A stretch of DNA of 63,671 nt, the filler included. It is 3 parts of 3 records of this genome, joined end to end, with 100 filler letters (N's around TTAATTAATTAA, not from the genome) between each part and the next. Parts side by side here need not be neighbours in the genome. Positions count along the whole stretch, not along the records: positions 1 to 25,353 come from SRR31156797_4139; positions 25,454 to 43,043 come from SRR31156797_4142; 1 more part is not named here. One strand, written 5' to 3'. The notes below the pieces were generated by a model. It was given only the letters and a program-made list of their open reading frames with translations, did no database searches and was not told the origin of the DNA. The translations under genes and the position numbers were made by a program. Positions 19,658 through 28,798 of the stretch are shown piece by piece. The number at the start of each line of letters is the position of its first letter. Within the stretch, counting starts at the first letter, position 1.

Positions 19658-21097
19658 ATGCGCAGAACTAAAATCGCCGCAATTCTTAAAGATCCGGAAT
19701 TCGGCAAAGAAGTAAATGTAAAGGGATGGGTAAGAACTCGAAGAGGTAATAAATTCGTTAATTTCATCGCTCTTAACGATGGTTCATCTATTCATAATTT
19801 GCAAATAGTTGCAGATGTTCCAAAGTTTGATGAAGAATTAATTAAAAGAATTACAACAGGATCAGCGATTTCTGTAGTAGGTAAAATGACAGAATCAAGC
19901 GGTAGTGGTCAAAAAGTTGAAATTCAGGCAGAATCAATAGAAGTAATCGGTGATTGTAATGCAGATGAATATCCATTACAACCGAAAAAACACTCCTTGG
20001 AATTTTTAAGAGAAATAGCGCATTTGCGTTTTAGAACCAATACTTTTGGTGCTATTACACGTGTGCGTCATGCCATGATTTTTGCAGTGCACAAGTTTTT
20101 CTCGGAAAAAGGTTTTTACAATATTCACACACCTATTATTACAGCATCTGATGCTGAAGGTGCCGGTGAAATGTTCAGAGTTACCACATTAGACGTTAAT
20201 AATATCCCGAAAACGGAAGAAGGAGAAGTTGATTTTGATAAAGACTTCTTTGGAAAATCAACCAACCTGACTGTTTCAGGTCAGTTAGAAGGAGAATTAG
20301 CTGCTTTAGCCATGTCTGAAATCTACACATTCGGACCTACTTTTAGAGCTGAAAACTCCAATACAACTCGTCACCTGGCTGAGTTTTGGATGATTGAACC
20401 TGAAATGGCTTTTTATGACCTGAACGACAATATGGATTTGGCTGAAGAGTTTACTAAATACCTAATCAGCTATGCATTAGAAAACTGCATGGAAGATTTA
20501 GAATTCTTAAGTAAGCGTTTGCAGGAAGAAGAAAAGAATAAAAAGGCTGATGAAAAATCAATGGAACTGATTGAGAAACTTCGATTTGTTGCAGAGAACG
20601 ATTACGTTCGCCTAACCTATTCTGAAGCCATTGATATTTTAATGAATTCAAAACCGCATAAAAAAGGTAAATTCCAATATCCAATTAATGGTTTTGGAAG
20701 TGATTTACAAGCGGAGCACGAACGCTTTTTGGTTGAAAAGCACTTTAAAAAGCCGGTTATCTTAACAGATTACCCAATGTCGATTAAAGCTTTTTACATG
20801 AAGCAAAGTGAAGATGGAAAAACCGTAAGAGCTATGGATGTGTTGTTCCCGCAAATTGGTGAGATTATTGGTGGATCACAACGTGAGGAAAGCTACGATA
20901 AATTAGTAGAAAGAATGCGTGCTTTAGATTTACCAGAGAAAGAAATGTACTGGTATTTAGATACACGTAGATTTGGATCAGTACCACACAGTGGATTTGG
21001 TTTAGGTTTTGAAAGATTAATGTTGTTTGTAACTGGAATGACCAATATTAGAGACGTAATTCCATTTCCAAGATCACCAAAGAATGCAGAATTTTAA
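19658..21097 (+). CDS. asnS: Asparagine--tRNA ligase (Bacteroidota contig)
   Basis: [44 protein letters not shown]. Confidence 0.98.
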   Translation: MRRTKIAAILKDPEFGKEVNVKGWVRTRRGNKFVNFIALNDGSSIHNLQIVADVPKFDEELIKRITTGSAISVVGKMTESSGSGQKVEIQAESIEVIGDCNADEYPLQPKKHSLEFLREIAHLRFRTNTFGAITRVRHAMIFAVHKFFSEKGFYNIHTPIITASDAEGAGEMFRVTTLDVNNIPKTEEGEVDFDKDFFGKSTNLTVSGQLEGELAALAMSEIYTFGPTFRAENSNTTRHLAEFWMIEPEMAFYDLNDNMDLAEEFTKYLISYALENCMEDLEFLSKRLQEEEKNKKADEKSMELIEKLRFVAENDYVRLTYSEAIDILMNSKPHKKGKFQYPINGFGSDLQAEHERFLVEKHFKKPVILTDYPMSIKAFYMKQSEDGKTVRAMDVLFPQIGEIIGGSQREESYDKLVERMRALDLPEKEMYWYLDTRRFGSVPHSGFGLGFERLMLFVTGMTNIRDVIPFPRSPKNAEF

Positions 21098-21131
21098 GTT
21101 AATTGCTTAATTAGTTATAAAACAATAATAC

Positions 21132-21164
21132 AAAGCAGCTTGTCCATGGATAAGCTGCTTTTTT
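21132..21164 (+). terminator. Intrinsic terminator of asnS
   Basis: AAAGCAGCTTGTCC-at-GGATAAGCTGCTTTTTT. Confidence 0.85.
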
Positions 21165-21252
21165 CTTACAAAAATCAAACCACAATACCCCTTAAAGTTG
21201 TATGCTATTAAAAAAACGGCATAACAGTTGTACATTATTGCTCGAATTATCT

Positions 21253-21260
21253 TAATTTTG
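21253..21260 (+). promoter_or_regulatory. Bacteroidota -7 promoter element upstream of rpoN
   Basis: TAATTTTG matches TAnnTTTG. Confidence 0.5.
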
Positions 21261-21359
21261 TTGTGTACTCAAAGCTTCTGGTATTACTGTATTTTAACAG
21301 TTATACAGCACTCTTACAGATTATAGTTCTTATAACACAACAGGCTGAAGAAAGATTAT

Positions 21360-22808
21360 ATGTTAAAACAAAGCTTACAACAAAAGTTACTTCAAAAATT
21401 ATCACCATTACAAATTCAGGTGATAAAACTGTTGGAAATACCGGCAGCACAGTTGGAGCAGCGCATAAAAAAGGAGATTGAGGAGAATCCTGTTTTAGAA
21501 TTGGACGGAGAAGGTCGAGAGACGGAAAATGGTGAACCTGAAGTAAAAGAACAGGAAGTTGAAAAAGATGAACTCTCCATTGATGACTATATTCAAAACG
21601 AGGATATACCCGCATATAAGCTGCAATCCCGAAATTTCTCAAAAGATGATAAACACGAAGATATCCCTTTTTCGGAAGGAACTACTTTTCATGAGCACCT
21701 TACCGATCAGCTTTCCCTTCGTATTTTAAATGATGATCAAAAGATTGTTGCAGAATATATTGTAGGTAATATTGATGAAGATGGATACCTACGTCGAGAG
21801 ATTGATGAAATTATAGACGATATCGCTTTTAGTCAAAACCTGGAAGTTGATGAACGTGAAGCCCTTGACGTATTAGAAATAGTACAGGATTTTGAACCGG
21901 CTGGTGTAGGCGCACGAGATTTACAAGAATGCCTGCTTCTACAACTCGACAGAAAAGATCGTTCCTTTCCTGCTGTTAATGATGCTTATAACATCATCAA
22001 ACATCATTTTGAAGAATTTACCAAAAAGCATTACGATAAAATAACGAAACGTCTTCATTTAGAAGAGGAAGACGTGAAGGATGCCATGGAGGAAATTCTA
22101 AAATTAAATCCGAAACCAGGCAGCTCATATAGCAATCCAATGCATAGGGCTGTTCAGCATATTATACCAGATTTTATTTTAGAAATTAAAGAAGGTAAAC
22201 CTGAGCTTTCATTAAATACAAGGAACGTTCCTGAACTTAGAATTAGTCAAACTTATTCTAATATGCTGCAGGATTACTCAACTAATAAAAAGAATCGCTC
22301 CAAGGATAAGAAAGAAGCCGTGATGTTTGTAAAGCAAAAGTTGGATTCAGCCAAGTGGTTTATTGATGCCATCAAACAGCGCCAGAACACCTTGATGATG
22401 ACCATGAATGCTATTCTGGAATATCAAAAAGAGTATTTTATCGAAGGTGATGAAACCAAGCTTCGACCAATGATTTTAAAAGATATTGCTGAGGTGACAA
22501 ACCTGGATATATCTACTATTTCAAGGGTTTCGAATAGTAAATACATTCAAACTCACTTTGGAATATTTGCCTTAAAATATTTCTTTTCGGAAGGAATGCA
22601 AACAGAATCGGGAGAAGAAGTATCTACCAGAGAAATTAAGAAAATCCTGCAAGAATGTATTGAAAGTGAGGATAAGAGAAAGCCATTAACTGACGATAAA
22701 CTTTCTCAGATCTTAAAGGAAAAATCATATAACATTGCACGAAGAACAGTTGCTAAATACAGAGAGCAATTAAATATTCCTGTAGCGAGATTAAGAAAAG
22801 AATTGTAA
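21360..22808 (+). CDS. rpoN: RNA polymerase sigma-54 factor
   Basis: Q-rich region I, DISTISRV HTH, RpoN box ARRTVAKYRE. Confidence 0.98.
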   Translation: MLKQSLQQKLLQKLSPLQIQVIKLLEIPAAQLEQRIKKEIEENPVLELDGEGRETENGEPEVKEQEVEKDELSIDDYIQNEDIPAYKLQSRNFSKDDKHEDIPFSEGTTFHEHLTDQLSLRILNDDQKIVAEYIVGNIDEDGYLRREIDEIIDDIAFSQNLEVDEREALDVLEIVQDFEPAGVGARDLQECLLLQLDRKDRSFPAVNDAYNIIKHHFEEFTKKHYDKITKRLHLEEEDVKDAMEEILKLNPKPGSSYSNPMHRAVQHIIPDFILEIKEGKPELSLNTRNVPELRISQTYSNMLQDYSTNKKNRSKDKKEAVMFVKQKLDSAKWFIDAIKQRQNTLMMTMNAILEYQKEYFIEGDETKLRPMILKDIAEVTNLDISTISRVSNSKYIQTHFGIFALKYFFSEGMQTESGEEVSTREIKKILQECIESEDKRKPLTDDKLSQILKEKSYNIARRTVAKYREQLNIPVARLRKEL

Positions 22809-22829
22809 GAAAGATCACCTGAATTTAAG

Positions 22830-23435
22830 ATGGGAAAAAGAATTGCTACTATTATTTCAACCGTATTTCACCCTTTACTACTGCCAACATTAGGTTTATT
22901 GGTTATTTTCAGCACACAAAGCCATTTAACTTTTATACCATTTGAATACCGCAGGTTAGTAACCATCATTGTATTTGTAAGCACTTGCATTTTGCCACTA
23001 AGTATTATGCCATTATTTTTACAAATAGGCTTAATAAAATCCCTACAGATGGAAAGCACCAGAGAGCGAATTATTCCACTATTAACAACAGCGGGATTCT
23101 TTGTGTTAGGTTACTTTTTCCTTAAAAAGTTTCCTCTACCTTCATTTATTCCCTTGTTCTTTTTAGCAACTATTATCACCGTTCTCTTATCTATTCTCAT
23201 CACTTTTTTTTGGAAGATAAGTATTCATATGGTAGGAATCGGAGGTCTTTTAGGAGCCGTAATTTCGATGGCTTTGAAATACAATGTGAATACGGCAATA
23301 TGGGTTATACTTATTACAGCTATTGCTGGAATAATTGGCAGTGCAAGACTTTTTTTGGAAGCGCATAACTCCAAACAAGTATATGCCGGATTTTTACTTG
23401 GACTAGTAGTGATCAGCTTTATGATTATCGCATAA
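22830..23435 (+). CDS. PAP2-superfamily-like membrane protein
   Basis: About 6 TM segments, WKISIH, SARLFLEAH...VYAG. Confidence 0.75.
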   Translation: MGKRIATIISTVFHPLLLPTLGLLVIFSTQSHLTFIPFEYRRLVTIIVFVSTCILPLSIMPLFLQIGLIKSLQMESTRERIIPLLTTAGFFVLGYFFLKKFPLPSFIPLFFLATIITVLLSILITFFWKISIHMVGIGGLLGAVISMALKYNVNTAIWVILITAIAGIIGSARLFLEAHNSKQVYAGFLLGLVVISFMIIA

Positions 23436-23465
23436 AAAAAGCTGCCTTAACCAAGACAGCTTTTC
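23434..23465. terminator. Bidirectional terminator between convergent genes
   Basis: AAAAAAAGCTG-ccttaaccaaga-CAGCTTTT. Confidence 0.7.
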
Positions 23466-23487
23466 CTATTAATTTTCTTTCTGCATT

Positions 23488-23805
23488 TTACATTAATGCA
23501 TCTAGTTTTGATGCTAATATAGTTTTTGGAACAGCTCCTACTTGCTTATCAACAACTTCCCCATTCTTAAAGAATAATATAGTAGGGATGTTTCTAATAC
23601 CAAATTTTACTGAAGTTCCTGGATTGCTATCTACATCCATTTTAGTAATAACCGCTCTTTCACCGTACTCCTCAGCCAACTCAGCTACTACTGGCGCTAC
23701 CATTCTACATGGTCCACACCATTCTGCCCAAAAGTCAACTAATACTGGTTTATCCGAGTTTAATACTACTTCTTCAAAGTTTGCGTCTGTTACTTCAATA
23801 GCCAT
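23488..23805 (-). CDS. trxA: Thioredoxin
   Basis: [10 protein letters not shown]. Confidence 0.98.
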   Translation of the reverse strand: MAIEVTDANFEEVVLNSDKPVLVDFWAEWCGPCRMVAPVVAELAEEYGERAVITKMDVDSNPGTSVKFGIRNIPTILFFKNGEVVDKQVGAVPKTILASKLDALM

Positions 23806-24110
23806 AACGAAATATTATAAAATTTATACTTTAATTCTTTATTCTGAACTAACACAAAAATAACAATTTAGTTTTGCTTCATTGCGTGTAGTTCAGTTTT
23901 TAGATATCTATATCTTGATCAATTGTTTACAACTAAAATAGCATATAACTGTTTAATGGCCTAAAAAAAGGGGCAATAAATTTCAACAAGTTATAAGCTC
24001 ACAAAAATAATTTTAAAATTCAATTTTACACCATGCAACTTCTCACCCCTTCTTACATTCTTTTTTATATACACCTAGCAACAACAATGTAAAATAGTAT
24101 TTAATTAGCA

Positions 24111-25352
24111 TTACGACAAAGTAAATGAAATTTCCGGATGTCCCTCCAAATAATCCACAATCTCATCTGTTAAACTTATTTTTGTTGATCGGGAATAAAA
24201 CTGAGCATGATTCATCTTATCTTCTTTATCGTAAATAGAAAACTTCAAAGAAACATTTCCATCCACTTCGCTAGATAAAGAAGCCAATTCCGTCACTAAA
24301 GCTTCATCTAAAGATTGTAAAGGAATTTGAATATTTATACCGGACACTCTGGATTCCCGAACTCCATCCAGCATTTCAATTTTATTGACCTTTACTTCCA
24401 GCTCTCCATCTTTTGTCCAGGCTTTTTCCTGCACTTTAGCCTTAATCATAATATAATAACCCTCAACCATATACTTGGCAAAATCAGGATAATCCTTGCC
24501 AAAGAAGGCAAATTCGTAAGAACCCGTATAATCATCCACAGTCATAATGCCATATGGATTTCCCTTTTTGGTTGTCCCCGATCGGGAAGCCGTAACCATA
24601 CCTCCTACAGTAACATCCCTGCCTTTCATCTTTTCCAAATCTTCCAGTTCAGAAAATTTAGTAGTACAAAAATGATTAATCTCTAGTTTGTATACATCCA
24701 ATGGATGCGCAGATAAATAAATACCAATTAAATCTTTCTCGCGTGCAAGCTTTTCAAGTATTGAAAATTCCTCGCAAACCGGGATGGTTGGTTTTGTAAT
24801 AGCGGCACTTGCGCCAACAGCACCAAATAATGAGTTAGCAGCAGACACCTTATCTTGCTGATATAAGTTACCATATCTGATCAGGTTCTCTATAAATGAA
24901 AACTCTTCTCCTTGTTGCGAAGCAAACATTTGTGCTCTGTGCACACCTTCAAAGCCATCAAAACCTCCTGCCGCAGCCAAGGCTTCAAGGTTTTTCTTAT
25001 TCACCGTTTGTAAGTTCACACGTTCTACAAAATCGTAGATATCTTTAAATGGCCCGCCTTCTTCTCGTATCCTGATAATTTCTTCTACGGCTCCAGCCCC
25101 AACACCTTTTACACCAGCCATTCCAAAACGAATCGCACCTTCTTTGTTTACCGTAAACTTACGGTAACTTTCATTTACATCAGGCCCCAATACATCCAAT
25201 CCCATCCTTTTACATTCTTCCATAAAAGTGGTGATCTTGGTAATATCACTTAAGTTACGAGAAAGAACCCCCGCCATAAATTCGGCAGGATAATGGGCTT
25301 TTAAGTATCCCGATTGGTAGGCCACATAGGCATAGCAAACCGAGTGCGATTT
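24111..25352 (-). CDS. dnaE: DNA polymerase III alpha subunit, C-terminal part (truncated by contig end)
   Basis: KSHSVCYAYVAYQSGYLKAHYPAEF, PDVNES, IRFG, HhH, YLSAHPL, OB fold. Confidence 0.97.
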   Translation of the reverse strand, partial: KSHSVCYAYVAYQSGYLKAHYPAEFMAGVLSRNLSDITKITTFMEECKRMGLDVLGPDVNESYRKFTVNKEGAIRFGMAGVKGVGAGAVEEIIRIREEGGPFKDIYDFVERVNLQTVNKKNLEALAAAGGFDGFEGVHRAQMFASQQGEEFSFIENLIRYGNLYQQDKVSAANSLFGAVGASAAITKPTIPVCEEFSILEKLAREKDLIGIYLSAHPLDVYKLEINHFCTTKFSELEDLEKMKGRDVTVGGMVTASRSGTTKKGNPYGIMTVDDYTGSYEFAFFGKDYPDFAKYMVEGYYIMIKAKVQEKAWTKDGELEVKVNKIEMLDGVRESRVSGINIQIPLQSLDEALVTELASLSSEVDGNVSLKFSIYDKEDKMNHAQFYSRSTKISLTDEIVDYLEGHPEISFTLS

Positions 25353-25353
25353 A

Positions 25354-25453
25354 NNNNNNNNNNNNNNNNNNNNNNNNNNNNNNNNNNNNNNNNNNNNTTA
25401 ATTAATTAANNNNNNNNNNNNNNNNNNNNNNNNNNNNNNNNNNNNNNNNNNNN
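25354..25453. other. Artificial contig-joining spacer
   Basis: 44 N + TTAATTAATTAA (stops in all six frames) + 44 N; the genes on both sides are truncated and composition changes. Confidence 0.97.
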
Positions 25454-27227
25454 TGTTGTTGATCGTTATGCTGCCGTTGTATTTGGTTATGATCGCATGG
25501 CAAATGGACAGTCCCAGGCCGCTGATCTTATCGACCTGTTTCGTCGAATAAAAGGGAACGAAAAGGTTGCGGTTCTCCTCTATTCCGGTTCCCGTATCCT
25601 TAAAACTTATGCATAGGTTCTTCCTTTTCCCGGCATAGTGAGTGGATGTTTCGATGGTCAGGATGCCGCCGTCGGGCATGGCCTCAAAACTGTTTTTGAA
25701 GAGATTGAGTAAGACCTGCTTCAGTTCGTTCCTATTGATGGTGATATCAAAGTCATCGCCCTTTTCATCAAAGTTGATCTTTACCCGCCCCTTGAAGGCA
25801 TTGTAGTTGATGAGATCAATGACTTCCTTGATTTGACGATTGATGCTGATCTCCTCGACCGTCAGCTTCTCACCGCCGAAATCCTGCAGGTTGCTGACGA
25901 TATGGGTGATGTAATCAAGTTCACTCTGAATCTTTTTTAAGATTTCCTGCAGCTCTTTTGAACCGAACTTAAAGCGCATATTTGTGAGGTAATTATAGAT
26001 AATTTCCAGAGGATTGTTTATTTCATGGGCCACCCCGGCAGCCAGAAGTCCAAGTGATGCCAGCTTCTCGGAAATTATGTCCTTCTTTTGAAGATTGCTA
26101 TACTCCGTGATATCCTCAAATAGAATGATGCAGCCCAGTAGAAAGCCATCGTCTTTAACGGGAAACAGCCTGACATTGAATATCCCTTCAATATCGTTAA
26201 TTGTCAGATTAAAATGGAAAAACTGTTCTTCCTGAAAGTCGTTAATGCTTCTGATGATCGTATCTGTCTGAGTTCCGGGTGTCCCCTTGAACAATTCCAG
26301 GATCTGCTTCCCGAAGTATTCCTCTTGTTGAATATTAAAGTTCTTCATGCAGAATTGATTAACAAGTCGAATGCTTTTCATCGTATCGATGATCAGAAGA
26401 TTTACCGGCAGATTCACCAGAATGGCTTCGTTGTATTTGATCAGTTCATAGAAATCAGAGAAGTGGCTTTCGGATTCGTCGAGTTCTGAAATCTGGGTAT
26501 AGGCCATCTTGATCAGCTGGATCTTGTCTACCTGTCCGATTTCATCTGAATAGAAATTCTGACCGTTCCTTATAATGGTTATTCTGTCTGCCAGATCATA
26601 TATACCGTCTACCTTATGGGTAATGATCAGGATGGTAGAGCCCTGTTCTTTCAAAGTGAAGATAATATCAAGGATTTTTGGCAGGGCGGCAGTGGAAACA
26701 TTCTCAAGGCTTTCATCCAGAATAAGGATATTCGGGTTCTCTTTTATGTTCGCAAGGATTTCCAAGACCGTCCTATCCGATCTGTTCAAGGATCTGGTTT
26801 CCTGTTTCGGATCCAATTTGAAACCGTATTCCTTCAAGAATCTTTCCGCGTTTTCTATCAGAAGGCTTTTGTGTCTCCATGAGAAGAAGGGTATCTTTTT
26901 ATCTGAATAAAATAAATTTTCCGCAACGGTGAAATAAGGATTGAGAGTGGGATTCTGATAGACCATATGAACTTTTTTGCTGCGAGCTTCTTTGAGACTG
27001 AATGCTTCATAATAGCTGTCCAGGATATTGATATACCCTGACTGGGGAGACACATATCCGGTGATCAGTTTCGCCAGGCTGGACTTTCCGGCGCCATGTT
27101 CTCCCAGCACAGCATGAATTTCCCCTGCGTTCAGTTTCAGGTTCAGGTTATTAAGGACCTGAAGTGAACCGTATGAAAGATTTATATTATGAAGGGAAAC
27201 GGTAGGAGTCAAAAAGTGGCCCTTCAT
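25454..27227 (-). CDS. Soluble hybrid sensor kinase: CUT2/MglA-type ABC ATPase domain + PAS + HisKA/HATPase_c (extreme C-terminus cut by contig end)
   Basis: Walker A GEHGAGKSS, Q-loop MVYQ, Walker B ILILDES, H-loop IITHK; PAS-like NEAILVNLPVNLLIID...VNQ; H-box AAGVAHEINNPL, N-box QVLLNLFKNS, DTGTGI, FVPFYSTK, GLGLSIC; no hydrophobic TM stretch. Confidence 0.9.
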
Positions 27228-28558
27228 TATGCTATCCCGTATTTTTTCATTTTCTGGTACAGGGTGTTACGGCTCATATTCAGGATTCTGGCAGATTCGG
27301 ATTTGTTGCTGCCCGTTAACGAAAGGGTTTTCTTGATGAGTTCCATTTCCTGATTTTCCCTCAGACTGAAAGCATTCTCCTCGGCACTGTCCGATTCGTA
27401 AAATCTGATGGAGGGGGGCAAATCGATAAGCCCGATTAAATTGGATGAACAGATTGTCGCTGCGTAATTGAGAACGTTTTTCAACTCACGGATGTTGCCT
27501 GGCCATTTATACTGTTTGAACAGGGAGTCCACTTCCGGAGACAGGGTTTTGAGATCCTGATTGTTCTTTCTGGAAAAATCAGTAAGAAAGTAATTCGTAA
27601 GAGCGGGCAAGTCCATCAGCCTTTCCCGGAGCGGTGGGATCCTGAGTATGGCCGTGTTCAGTCGGTAGTACAGATCCTCCCTAAAATCACCCTTGGAAAT
27701 CATCTTTTCCAGATTCTTGTTGGTGGCCCCGATAAAACGGACATTGATCTTCGTCGTCGCATCTCCGCCAATACGGCGAACCTCCTGGTTCTGGAGAACC
27801 CGGAGGATTTTGACCTGAATGGTCTCGGGCATGTCTCCGATTTCATCTAGAAAAAGTGTTCCATTATCCGACTGTTCGAAAATACCTTTAAAGCTGGAGG
27901 ACGCGCCGGTATAGGCTCCCTTTTCATGTCCGAAAAGCTCATTGTCCAGCAGCGACTCGGTGAAGGCGGCGCAGTTTATCTTATTCAGTTTCTCAGCCAC
28001 TCTGTTGGAATGGCGGTAGATATAATCGACAAGGAGCTCCTTGCCCGTTCCGTTCTCTCCTTGAATGAGGAGGGGGAAATCTGTTGAGGCCAGCTTTCTG
28101 GCCCTGCTGATCGTCTCAGAAAAATGGGGGTTTAATGAGGACAGGGGCGGAAGGTCTTCGATCATCCTCTCCTTCAGAGCTTTGTTCTCTTTTTTGATCC
28201 TGGATGTGTCATATGCCTTTTCTGTCAGCTGGCTCAAACGTTCAAATTTCAGAGGCTTCTTCAGATAATCAAAGGCTCCGAGTTTCATGGTCAGCACAGC
28301 GGTTTCTACGGTGGCGTATCCCGTGATCATTATAACAGGAAGATCGGGGAGCCTTTTTTTGATGAGCTTCAGAGTCTCAACCCCGTTATCCTGTCCCAGC
28401 ATGATATCCAGCAGAACGACGTCTATCTTCTGGGAATTGAGCGTCTTCAAGCATTCATTTTGAGAAGCTGAATAAAGCAGGGTATGTCCGGTGAACTCAA
28501 AGTTCTCTCTCATCACAGAGTAAATACCCTCTTTATCATCAACGAGCAGAATATTCAT
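27227..28558 (-). CDS. Sigma54-dependent response regulator (REC-AAA+-Fis HTH, NtrC family)
   Basis: LLVDD/LLDIML receiver, GENGTGKE, ELFGHEKGAYTGA, LFLDEIG, WPGNIREL, HTH SESARILNMSRNTLY; its stop overlaps the kinase start (TAATG). Confidence 0.96.
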   Translation of the reverse strand: MNILLVDDKEGIYSVMRENFEFTGHTLLYSASQNECLKTLNSQKIDVVLLDIMLGQDNGVETLKLIKKRLPDLPVIMITGYATVETAVLTMKLGAFDYLKKPLKFERLSQLTEKAYDTSRIKKENKALKERMIEDLPPLSSLNPHFSETISRARKLASTDFPLLIQGENGTGKELLVDYIYRHSNRVAEKLNKINCAAFTESLLDNELFGHEKGAYTGASSSFKGIFEQSDNGTLFLDEIGDMPETIQVKILRVLQNQEVRRIGGDATTKINVRFIGATNKNLEKMISKGDFREDLYYRLNTAILRIPPLRERLMDLPALTNYFLTDFSRKNNQDLKTLSPEVDSLFKQYKWPGNIRELKNVLNYAATICSSNLIGLIDLPPSIRFYESDSAEENAFSLRENQEMELIKKTLSLTGSNKSESARILNMSRNTLYQKMKKYGIA

Positions 28559-28586
28559 ATAATCCTCTTCAGTGAGTTCAGTAAAG

Positions 28587-28633
28587 TGTCCTGAATCAGG
28601 ACAATCGGATGACAGCTGTCCTGTTTTAGGACA
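28587..28633. promoter_or_regulatory. Tandem palindromic upstream activator sequences for the NtrC-type regulator
   Basis: TGTCCTGAATCAGGACA (28587-28603) and TGTCCTGTTTTAGGACA (28617-28633), both TGT-N11-ACA, 30 bp apart. Confidence 0.8.
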
Positions 28634-28755
28634 GTTATTATCATACCATGGTTCTGTAAATCGAAAAGAAAAAAATAGTTAAATCAAATTTTGAGATTGA
28701 TAAACTGTTTTCAAGTAAGGAAATAAATCTGTGTGAGATTTTACATCCTGAGTTT

Positions 28756-28771
28756 TGGCATCAAATTTGCA
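28756..28771 (+). promoter_or_regulatory. Sigma54 (-24/-12) promoter of the ABC/catabolic operon
   Basis: TGGCATCAAATTTGCA = TGGCA-N6-TTGCA with exact GG-N10-GC spacing, 27 nt before the ATG at 28799. Confidence 0.88.
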
Positions 28772-28798
28772 ATAATTAATATGAAAAAAGGAATGTGT

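Noticed and set aside
25398-25409. TTAATTAATTAA palindrome (also at 43088-43099) and ORFs running into Ns
   Set aside because: Synthetic six-frame-stop linker; the X-containing ORF ends are artefacts.
27227-28558. GAYTGA instead of GAFTGA implying a sigma54-independent regulator
   Set aside because: GAYTGA is a natural variant, and a consensus -24/-12 promoter with enhancers lies adjacent.
28682-28694. IHF-like site between the enhancers and the sigma54 promoter
   Set aside because: AATCAAATTTTGA deviates from WATCAANNNNTTR and sits in AT-rich DNA where chance matches are likely.
21360-28771. rpoN apparently clustered with a sigma54 activator and promoter
   Set aside because: The proximity is created by contig concatenation across the spacer at 25354-25453.
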